Below, in pieces: positions 35,714 through 42,658 of a stretch of DNA of 42,658 nucleotides (positions are counted from its first letter, which is position 1; every line of letters begins with the position of its first letter). The stretch is from a virus (Duplodnaviria; Caudoviricetes), in IMG/VR virus record IMGVR_UViG_3300046788_000246, positions 1 through 42,658 of that record. One strand, given 5' to 3'. Below the pieces are notes generated by a model that worked only from the letters and a program-made list of their open reading frames with translations, was not told the origin of the DNA and ran no database searches. A program made the translations under genes and the position numbers.

Positions 35714-35850
35714 AACCCGACCCAAAGGAAGTCGGGTATTCCACACCCGACCTTCTTCCTTTGGTCGGGTTGGGGGTATGGGGGGAAGAAGGAAACATGT
35801 GGAAAAGATAGTTTCACATGTGGAGAAGGTATGTGGCGAAGATGTGCGGA
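35714..35850. other. candidate replication origin: long inverted repeat plus ATGTGG repeats
   Basis: Near-perfect hairpin 35714-35771; ATGTG(G) four times within about 35797-35850; directly downstream of the helicase gene. Confidence 0.5.
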
Positions 35851-35857
35851 ACCCCTC

Positions 35858-37261
35858 TCATAGCATCTGGCCTGCCTTGTAGAGGCATGGCGACCGCAGT
35901 GATTTCGGCTTCGATTGCGGCCCGTTCGCTTGATAGATTTTATCCTGAAACATGAGGTAATCCATTGCCGCTCGGAGGAGGTGTTTGCGAGTGGCTTTTT
36001 TCGCATGCAGCGCCTTTGCTTCCGGCTGATCGGCAAAAATGGTAGGCGCGAAATTGCGCGCGGTCGGTGTTGCGCTGGCGGTCAGGTCTTGCTTGTTGTA
36101 CCGCTCGAGGATGGCGAGAAAGATCGCTTTGGCGTCTTCTTCGTGCGAAAGTTTTTCCAACGAGGTTGATCCGGGCTCGGTCAATAGCAGACCGTCTTTC
36201 CAGACCAGCCTTATAGGCTCGCCTTTTGGCCCATAATTAGCCTTCATGGTTTCGAGGACACGGACATCGGACTCGTCGTCGTCCTCGTCGCCCTGCTTAT
36301 TGGGCGCCTTTAGGTAAAGCCTAGATCGGACTGAATTATTCCAAGCGGTTGAGCCGGACATGCCGCTACCACTGGCGATGCCTGAGAGGCTTGGATGCGA
36401 GAGCAGCAATATTGCGGTATCGATCTCGATGCACAGGCCGCGCAAGAGGCCGATGCATTGACGCGCTTCGGTGCGGTTGCGCTCGTCGACCACGAATATA
36501 TCGGCAGCGGTGTCGAGTCCGATCCAGCGTGGACGTATCTCACGCGCGGTGGCCTGGAGCTGTGCGAATAGCGGCGTTGGGCGCACGATGCCTTTGCCAT
36601 CGGCTGCGGCCATCACTGCATCCCTGCCGGCGAGACTAAGCAAGTGCAGATCGGCAAGCTCGCGAAAGCTAGTTCCATAGTGCTTGACGATCTGAGCCAT
36701 CCTAAAATGCATCTCGTCCTCGTCGTCCTCGGCGGAAATGAACATGACCGGGCCTGGCTCGGGCAGCTCGCCGATCCAATCTCGACCAAGGACGGTGGCG
36801 ACCGCGAGCTGCATCGCCAACAAGGTTTTGCCGACGCCGCCTTCACCTGAAAACAGCGTGACGTTGTGGGCTGGGACGCGGTTGCGCACGATCCATCGGC
36901 GCTCGGGCGGCGACACGCCTTCCCAAAGCGTGACGTTGATCATCGGCAGCGGCTTGAGCGGCTTCGGTGGCCTGACGCCATTTGCCTTGCCCGGCTCTTC
37001 GATATGCTCACCCTTCTCAAAGCCGTGTGCGATGCGCGCCTGCACACCGTCCTCGCCGAAATGTCCGACCAGGCCATTGGCTTGCGCGGTCGAGTAGAGT
37101 TCATCGATCGCCGTTCCCTTATCGAGGCCCTTGGCAACGTAGCCGGCAACCTCGAGCGCCATGCTTTCGAAGATCGCCATGCGACGCTCAACGTCTTGGA
37201 CTGGCGCCAGGATGCTTTTCCATGTCGCGAAGCCTCGCGTGAATTGGCCTCGTTCTGTCAT
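35858..37261 (-). CDS. AAA_25 / RepA-like replicative helicase
   Basis: LFSGEGGVGKT Walker A, ISAED, IGLDT, LLSHP and SGSTAWNNSVRSR motifs. Confidence 0.9.
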   Translation of the reverse strand: MTERGQFTRGFATWKSILAPVQDVERRMAIFESMALEVAGYVAKGLDKGTAIDELYSTAQANGLVGHFGEDGVQARIAHGFEKGEHIEEPGKANGVRPPKPLKPLPMINVTLWEGVSPPERRWIVRNRVPAHNVTLFSGEGGVGKTLLAMQLAVATVLGRDWIGELPEPGPVMFISAEDDEDEMHFRMAQIVKHYGTSFRELADLHLLSLAGRDAVMAAADGKGIVRPTPLFAQLQATAREIRPRWIGLDTAADIFVVDERNRTEARQCIGLLRGLCIEIDTAILLLSHPSLSGIASGSGMSGSTAWNNSVRSRLYLKAPNKQGDEDDDESDVRVLETMKANYGPKGEPIRLVWKDGLLLTEPGSTSLEKLSHEEDAKAIFLAILERYNKQDLTASATPTARNFAPTIFADQPEAKALHAKKATRKHLLRAAMDYLMFQDKIYQANGPQSKPKSLRSPCLYKAGQML

Positions 37262-37467
37262 GCAGAAGGCTCAATTCCGAATGCGTCATAGACGATGTTG
37301 TCGATCGCCTCCGTGCCCAGCATGTTGACCAGGCCGGCCTTATGGGCATAGCCGAACAGCGGGTCGAGCGCCTCGCCGAGCGTGAATTCGCCGCAACGAA
37401 AGAGCAAAGACCGAGCCTCGGCTCGAGCGCGCAAAACCAGAACGGGCGCAATGCGATCGCCGGTCAT
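37258..37467 (-). CDS. hypothetical protein (helical, possibly primase C-terminal-like)
   Basis: ATGA-coupled; LRARAEARSLLF...AGLVNMLGTEAIDNIVYDAF resembles the N-terminus of the adjacent helicase. Confidence 0.65.
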   Translation of the reverse strand: MTGDRIAPVLVLRARAEARSLLFRCGEFTLGEALDPLFGYAHKAGLVNMLGTEAIDNIVYDAFGIEPSA

Positions 37468-37676
37468 TGCTTGTCGTCCAGCACGGCGTCGATGAGATTG
37501 GCGCGCAGCGTGACTTGGACGATGCGCTCGAGCAGCTCGAGCGGCAGCGTATTGCGCATGCCGGCGGCGTGGCAGAGCCGCGCGAAGTCGTCGGCCTCGA
37601 GGCGGATGGGACATTTACGCCAGCGATGATAGGCCGGCCGAAGGCTACGGCCCGTCGTTTCGGTTGATGTGGTCAT
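37464..37676 (-). CDS. small putative DNA-binding protein
   Basis: ATGA-coupled; IRLEADDFARLCHAAGMRNTLPLELLERIV is RHH-like. Confidence 0.6.
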   Translation of the reverse strand: MTTSTETTGRSLRPAYHRWRKCPIRLEADDFARLCHAAGMRNTLPLELLERIVQVTLRANLIDAVLDDKQ

Positions 37677-37864
37677 CGAGTGTTCCGTTCTACTTTGGGC
37701 GGAAATGGGCAATGGCAATCGCACAACCATTCGACCAGGACGGCATATTGCTCATGCGCGGTGTTCGCCAGGCTGTCGTGCGGCGTCCAGCCGAGCCGAA
37801 GAAAATCCTCGAGCCGCTCGCCGCGCGCGGCATAGGCATAGGTCCATTGGTAGCGATCGCTCAT
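37673..37864 (-). CDS. hypothetical protein
   Basis: ATGA overlaps at both ends. Confidence 0.65.
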   Translation of the reverse strand: MSDRYQWTYAYAARGERLEDFLRLGWTPHDSLANTAHEQYAVLVEWLCDCHCPFPPKVERNTR

Positions 37865-38814
37865 GCCTGCACCACCTCGGCAAACATGCCCGCGTCGGCT
37901 TTGATCCGGTGCTCGGCCATGGCGGCATAGTCGGGGTTGAGCTCGATCAGGATGGCGTTGCGGCCCAAGCGATCAGCTACAAGCGCCGTTGTGCCTGCAC
38001 CACCAAACGGGTCGAGCACGGTGCCGCCCTTCGGACAGCCGGCCATGATGCAAGGCTCGATCAGCGCAGGCGGGAAGGTGGCGAAGTGGGCTTCCGCATA
38101 GGGTGCGGTGCAGACCTCCCAAACTGATCGCTTGTTGCGCGTGTCAGGCTGCGCTTGATTCCAGTTTGCAAGTCCGATCCGGGTACGGCGGTCATTTGCC
38201 TCCGACACGTCCGCACGGTCCTTGGCGCCCGTCCCGTAGGAATGCAGCACAAGGCCGGCTCGCACGGCAGGCTCCGCAATGGCGTCCTGATCGAAATAGT
38301 ATCGCTCGCTCTTGGTCAGCAAAAACAGATACTCATGCGCCTTGGTGCAGCGATCGGTGACGCTCTCTGGCATCGGATTGGGCTTCGACCAGATGATGTC
38401 CTGCCGCAGCCACCAGCCATCCGCCTGGAGTGCAAATGCGACACGCCAAGGGATGCCGCAAAGGTCTTTGGGTTTGAGGCCGGAAACCGCGCCGAGGCCG
38501 TTGCGGTTTGATGCGCCCCCATTTTTATCTGGATTGCCGGGCCGGGTGCTATTTGCAATGCTTCCCCCAGCGTAACTGTCCCCCAGATTGAGCCACAGCG
38601 TCGCATCCCCGCGCAGCACCCGCCGCACATCGCGGAACACCGCCACCATCTGCGCTACGAAATCGGCATAGCTCGGTTCCAATCCGATCTGGCCAGCACA
38701 GCCGTAATCGCGCAATCCCCAATACGGCGGGCTCGTCACCACGCAATGCACGGACTCGTCCGGCAGCGTGCAGAGCACGTCGCGGCAATCTCCAATAAGA
38801 ACCTTCACGCTCAT
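37861..38814 (-). CDS. DNA methyltransferase, N4-C/N6-A beta class
   Basis: VTSPPYWG, IIWSKPNPMPESV, HFATFP and LDPFGGAGTT. Confidence 0.95.
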   Translation of the reverse strand: MSVKVLIGDCRDVLCTLPDESVHCVVTSPPYWGLRDYGCAGQIGLEPSYADFVAQMVAVFRDVRRVLRGDATLWLNLGDSYAGGSIANSTRPGNPDKNGGASNRNGLGAVSGLKPKDLCGIPWRVAFALQADGWWLRQDIIWSKPNPMPESVTDRCTKAHEYLFLLTKSERYYFDQDAIAEPAVRAGLVLHSYGTGAKDRADVSEANDRRTRIGLANWNQAQPDTRNKRSVWEVCTAPYAEAHFATFPPALIEPCIMAGCPKGGTVLDPFGGAGTTALVADRLGRNAILIELNPDYAAMAEHRIKADAGMFAEVVQA

Positions 38815-39017
38815 TGCATCCTCGGCGGAAACAGCTTGCGCAGCGCCGCCAGCGCGCGGTCAACGTCCTCGTCGTCACCATCGACCGCGCGGCGCAATAG
38901 CGCGATCACAAACGGCTTGAACACATCATCGGGCTCGGCATAATTGCCGTCGAGGATCCAGCCGATGCGGGCCTGTACGCGCCTGGCGTATGCGGTTGCG
39001 TCGTCGGGCAGAGTCAT
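38811..39017 (-). CDS. hypothetical protein
   Basis: ATGA overlaps at both ends (start MTLPDDATAY). Confidence 0.6.
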   Translation of the reverse strand: MTLPDDATAYARRVQARIGWILDGNYAEPDDVFKPFVIALLRRAVDGDDEDVDRALAALRKLFPPRMQ

Positions 39018-39562
39018 TGCACATGCACGCGCAGTTGCTTGTTGAACAGCGGCGACACCTTGAGCGCCTGCGTCGGATCGATCAGCGAGCAGGCGAAGGA
39101 CCACGCGGCACATGCATCTGCCGCATTATTATCGACCACCTGCCAGCCGAGCATCTCGCAGCGCAAGACGATGGCCGCCTTGGCCTGCGCGCGCCGCAGG
39201 CTGCGCTCGCCGATGAAATGATGCCGGATGTCGCCGACCGAATAGCAGGCGATCTCGCCGATGCCGCGGATGTGCGCAACGCCGCGGACGATGGCGTGCA
39301 GGCCCGCGAGCCGGTCGCGCGTCGAGGAATTGGTTGCGCCGACCTTGGCGCCGGGCGGCAGCATAGCCTCGAGCACGATGATGTCCGGCCGCGGCGCCAT
39401 CTCGAGCAACTTGCTCATCCAGCCGATGGCCTGACCGAAGACCTCGCCGTCGCCCGAGTCGCGCGTGCCGAAGCGGATCGAGCCGGCGACGGGCCTGCCG
39501 CCGACGACGCCGCGCGCATAGCCGGTGACGGTCGCCAAATCCAATGCCAATACATTGGTCAT
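39014..39562 (-). CDS. RuvC-like Holliday junction resolvase
   Basis: VLALDLATVTGYA, IVLEA and DNNAADA catalytic pattern of phage RuvC-like nucleases. Confidence 0.85.
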   Translation of the reverse strand: MTNVLALDLATVTGYARGVVGGRPVAGSIRFGTRDSGDGEVFGQAIGWMSKLLEMAPRPDIIVLEAMLPPGAKVGATNSSTRDRLAGLHAIVRGVAHIRGIGEIACYSVGDIRHHFIGERSLRRAQAKAAIVLRCEMLGWQVVDNNAADACAAWSFACSLIDPTQALKVSPLFNKQLRVHVQ

Positions 39563-40197
39563 TCGGCAGCCTCCACCCGGTCAAACTTCGTCGCTTCGTT
39601 GCCCCAGGTGTGCCAGCCCGGCCGCGACTGGCGAGCAAATAGTTCGAGGTATGGTCCCGCCACCAGCCGCTCGATCCGCTGATGCACGCAATCCGGCTTG
39701 CGCGAATGCTCACGGCGCGGCTCGATGACACCCATGCGCACGTCGGCATTCAGGCGCTTGGGCTTGCCGCGCGTTGCCAACAAACACGGCTCGCTGTTCG
39801 CGCGCGTCCAGTAACCCATTCCCATCAGCGCATCGGTATCGTCGCGAAACATCTCGATCTGACCAGCATGGGCCTTTATCCAATCAAAGGCGCACGTTTT
39901 GTATTCGAATCCCCAGGCCGAAATCACCGCCATTACCTCCGGCAGCATCGGCCACGATGCCCACAGAAACAAACAACAATCAGGCGCCGCCAAATCGCAC
40001 ACCGGCAACGCGGCGATCTCATCGTGCGTCATCGTATCGTAATGCTTCGAAGGCGAGCCTTTGAACGCTTTCCAATCCGGTGATCGCTTGCGGCCGGCTT
40101 CGTTATAAGTCCGAAACCGCCACGGCGGGTCGGCCAGAATGGCGCCCGCCGCCGGAATACCGACGGTCGCGAGGTCGAGGGCGAGCACGTTGGTCAT
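39559..40197 (-). CDS. MT-A70 family N6-adenine methyltransferase
   Basis: ILADPPW, HYDTM, CLFLW, WGFEYKT, GMGYWTRANSE, REHSRKP and LELFAR. Confidence 0.95.
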   Translation of the reverse strand: MTNVLALDLATVGIPAAGAILADPPWRFRTYNEAGRKRSPDWKAFKGSPSKHYDTMTHDEIAALPVCDLAAPDCCLFLWASWPMLPEVMAVISAWGFEYKTCAFDWIKAHAGQIEMFRDDTDALMGMGYWTRANSEPCLLATRGKPKRLNADVRMGVIEPRREHSRKPDCVHQRIERLVAGPYLELFARQSRPGWHTWGNEATKFDRVEAAE

Positions 40198-40400
40198 ATG
40201 AGCCGCTCTTTCTCGGCGAACTTGGCGTAGTCGGCGGCGATCGCCTCCATGAGCGCGATCTTCTGCGCGGCATCCGTCGCGGCCATCGCGCCCTTCTCAA
40301 CCCACCGCGGATAGAGCCGCTTGCGCATCGCCAGCTCGCGCAGCGCCTCGCGGTGCTTCTCCTCGGCGGTGAATTGGGCGAGGGCGAGGATGTCGGTCAT
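40194..40400 (-). CDS. hypothetical phage protein
   Basis: RELAMRKRLYPRWV...KIALMEAIAADY conserved-looking motif; ATGA-coupled. Confidence 0.75.
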   Translation of the reverse strand: MTDILALAQFTAEEKHREALRELAMRKRLYPRWVEKGAMAATDAAQKIALMEAIAADYAKFAEKERLI

Positions 40401-40921
40401 GGCGTAAGGCTCGCACCAGGCCGGCCGAAAGTTTGATCGAACTCGGTCGCGTAAATTTTGCTGATCAGCATATAGGCGGTTCCCGACCCGTTAGTACTAT
40501 TGCCGTCCTGAATGCGTCCGGCGCCTCGATTTAGGACCGTATGTACCGTCAGAACGCCACCGCTGGGCGCGACCATTAGAACGGGAATGTTGAAGTCGTC
40601 TTCGATCTTCCTATAGGTCTGGATGGCGTTCAGCTCGATCGCGTAGTTTGTGGAATTACGATTGCTCTCCATCGTTGTCTTCGCATCGACTAAATAGGCT
40701 TCACACTTGCGAAACAACTCTCGGCCAATTAGCAGGTCGGGTATCCATCGCCACAGGCAAGGACGCCCGTAGCTGTCACGCAAATTGTGCAAGATATGCC
40801 GCATGGCCGGCGGTACGCTTCCCATACCCCACGGCTCGACCGCCCAGCCTCGCGCAACCAGCATGGCCGGCAAGGATTGCTCGTGCTGTTGAGCAGCAAA
40901 TGATCGCTGCGCAAACGTCAT
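40397..40921 (-). CDS. PD-(D/E)xK nuclease-fold protein
   Basis: HEQ...IPDLLIG...LVDAKT motif; TAATG-coupled to the upstream MTase; lower GC. Confidence 0.6.
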   Translation of the reverse strand: MTFAQRSFAAQQHEQSLPAMLVARGWAVEPWGMGSVPPAMRHILHNLRDSYGRPCLWRWIPDLLIGRELFRKCEAYLVDAKTTMESNRNSTNYAIELNAIQTYRKIEDDFNIPVLMVAPSGGVLTVHTVLNRGAGRIQDGNSTNGSGTAYMLISKIYATEFDQTFGRPGASLTP

Positions 40922-42009
40922 TACGTTTGATCCTGCTCGATCCGTTCCTTGGCTTTTGCCGCTGCCGCCGGATCAATCTCAAATCCAATCGCACGACGCT
41001 TAAGGCGTTTTGCCGCAACCAGCGTCGTGCCGCCTCCGACAAAGAAATCGACAACCGTTCCGTCGTCGCTGGTGAGTTTGCTGATGTAGTATTCCGCATC
41101 GATGAGCGACTGCTGCCAATCGTGCGTGCTCTTTTCGCGATCGCCGGACACAACGTCACGCACGTAGGTTTGGATGTTCCCCCGGTGGTGCTTCACAAAC
41201 CACAGCACCGGCTTGAAAAGAGCTTCAATGCCTTTTCGGATGATCTGACTGTGCGCACCTTCGATGCCGAGCGATGCCCCGATCCAAAAATAATCGAGAT
41301 GCTCGCTCATCGGCTTGATCACATCATTGAGCACTACGTGACCGCAATAGCAGAGCATGCTCCCGCCTGGTTTCAAGATGCGCGCCGCTTCCTGCGCCGC
41401 TGCCTCATAGAGTGGGATCGCATCGCGATCATAGGGGGGATCGGTGAAGACGAGTTGCACCGACTCGTCGGGAATAACGTCGGGCGATAGGTCGCGGAAA
41501 TCGCCGACGTAAAGTCCTGGCGAGATCTCGCTGGCATCAAACAAAGCGGCACGGCGCTCATCGTCAATCGCCTGGCGAAAGACGGCGTTCAAACTGGCGA
41601 CGAGCTTATCGACGATGGCTTTGGTCCGACGCTCCTGCTCGCGTACGGAAAGATGCCACCACCACTTGGCATTCGACGATTGCTTATACGTGATACCTAA
41701 TTCCCTAAGCGTCTTAATGGGTTGCACCCTTTCCCCGCGGGAAGGGTGACCTTTGCCGTCGTGCAACTCGCCGCGCTTTTGCATTTCTTCGATGACGCGG
41801 CCGATGTTGCGCCATGCCTCGTAGCGGATCATGACAGCGCGCTCGAGCAATTCCTTATCCTTCGCCGCCTTGGCGTATTCCTCGATCCCGATGGCTTGGT
41901 CGCGGATGACTTTGATGTCTTTGAGATCGCTGAGCACGGCGAGCGCGCGACGCGCTTCATCGTAGCTCGGCAGGTCTGGCCCTTTCTGGACAATCGTGAT
42001 GTCTCTCAT
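40921..42009 (-). CDS. DNA methyltransferase (N6/N4 class) with N-terminal helical domain
   Basis: VFTDPPY, HDWQQ, VVDFFVGGGTT and GFEID. Confidence 0.85.
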   Translation of the reverse strand: MRDITIVQKGPDLPSYDEARRALAVLSDLKDIKVIRDQAIGIEEYAKAAKDKELLERAVMIRYEAWRNIGRVIEEMQKRGELHDGKGHPSRGERVQPIKTLRELGITYKQSSNAKWWWHLSVREQERRTKAIVDKLVASLNAVFRQAIDDERRAALFDASEISPGLYVGDFRDLSPDVIPDESVQLVFTDPPYDRDAIPLYEAAAQEAARILKPGGSMLCYCGHVVLNDVIKPMSEHLDYFWIGASLGIEGAHSQIIRKGIEALFKPVLWFVKHHRGNIQTYVRDVVSGDREKSTHDWQQSLIDAEYYISKLTSDDGTVVDFFVGGGTTLVAAKRLKRRAIGFEIDPAAAAKAKERIEQDQT

Positions 42010-42364
42010 GCGATCGCCCTTTAGCTTGCCTGCCGCGCGCGTTCGTATCGCGCCGGCCGCGCGTCTGATTGCGGCGGCGGCTTCTCGTTAAGTGAACCAG
42101 ATTGATTTGGTCGTGACGGGAATGTTCGCGAGCGCCCACCTTGGTCCTGATCGCGCGCGGGCGTCAATACGTAGGCTCGCTGGTACATTTCCGGCCGGAA
42201 AAGATTTATCAGTGACCGTTTTGGCTACTGCCGCGTTGCGGATTTCCTAATGATTGTCGCGGAATAGTGCCTCTGCGCCGCGACTGCGAAGTACGCCGGA
42301 GTCGCGCTATCCGCTGCGCCTTCGCCGCGCCCGCCTTGACTATTTATTTTCCTGAGCGAAAGTT

Positions 42365-42448
42365 GATTGGTGGAAATGCAGCGCCAAATAGGCTGCGAAT
42401 AATGGCAATGAGTGGAAATAAGAAGCAACCAATAACAATGAGTGGAAA
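42365..42448. repeat. direct repeats CAATGAGTGGAAA in the control region
   Basis: Identical 13-mers at 42406-42418 and 42436-42448; degenerate copy near 42365-42377. Confidence 0.6.
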
Positions 42449-42658
42449 CCTGATGCGCTCGCCGCGGATGAACCCTGACATATGCCTGTCCGTCGCAAGC
42501 GCCGCGCGCCCGGCCAGAAGGCTGGCGAAGCCCAGAACGACTACGCCGGGCGCGCACTTTGAGATGGTTCGCTCGGAATCAAACAAAGTCGTTATAAGGT
42601 CTTAGCTAATGCGGATTGAACGAATTCCAATCACGAGCCGCGAGCAACTGTTCAATGA

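Noticed and set aside
35790-35826. Additional parS-like sites (GTTTCACATGTGG)
   Set aside because: Only a half-site match; better explained as part of the ATGTGG repeat array
7441-41490. Numerous long plus-strand ORFs opposite the structural and replication genes (e.g. 8619-9557, 25431-26594, 31896-33236)
   Set aside because: Antisense shadow ORFs typical of high-GC DNA, with no recognisable motifs
42020-42586. Short ORFs near the right end (55-aa MYQRAY..., 80-aa hydrophobic 42344..42586)
   Set aside because: No clear RBS or motif, so they cannot be supported from sequence alone
1-42658. Terminal direct repeats or att sites
   Set aside because: No matching sequence seen between the two ends, and no tRNA fragment or integrase

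Overview
The window is an essentially complete, GC-rich tailed dsDNA bacteriophage genome of siphovirus type. No host genes, integrase, tRNA or CRISPR array are visible. The host is inferred to be an Alphaproteobacterium (Hyphomicrobiales/Bradyrhizobium-like). Most genes are on the minus strand, in this order from the right: early/replication module (three DNA MTases, a PD-(D/E)xK nuclease, RuvC-like resolvase, AAA_25 helicase, candidate origin), NusG-like antiterminator, ParB-N/MTase fusion, terminase, DUF1073 portal, MuF minor head protein, DUF2213 protease/scaffold, decoration protein, DUF2184 capsid, a head/neck fibre cassette, head-tail connectors, tail genes with a -1 frameshifted chaperone, tail tip and fibre genes, and a holin/amidase lysis cassette. 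A plus-strand YqaJ/Bet-like recombination operon and small regulators (XRE, LuxR-HTH, RHH) lie at the left. Most notable observations: (1) a MuF protein with a C-terminal HExxH metalloprotease-like domain and a translationally coupled 57-aa candidate immunity gene missing from the ORF track; (2) a near-consensus chromosomal parS site in an integrase-less phage; (3) a fibre module made of two DxD-repeat proteins, an S74-chaperoned subunit and an Ig/BppU-like adaptor fusion; (4) a structured RNA plus a 24-aa cationic peptide upstream of the lysis genes; (5) an MT-A70 gene apparently inserted at the 5' end of ruvC with a recoded 12-codon duplication. All family calls come from motif recognition and synteny, not database searches.
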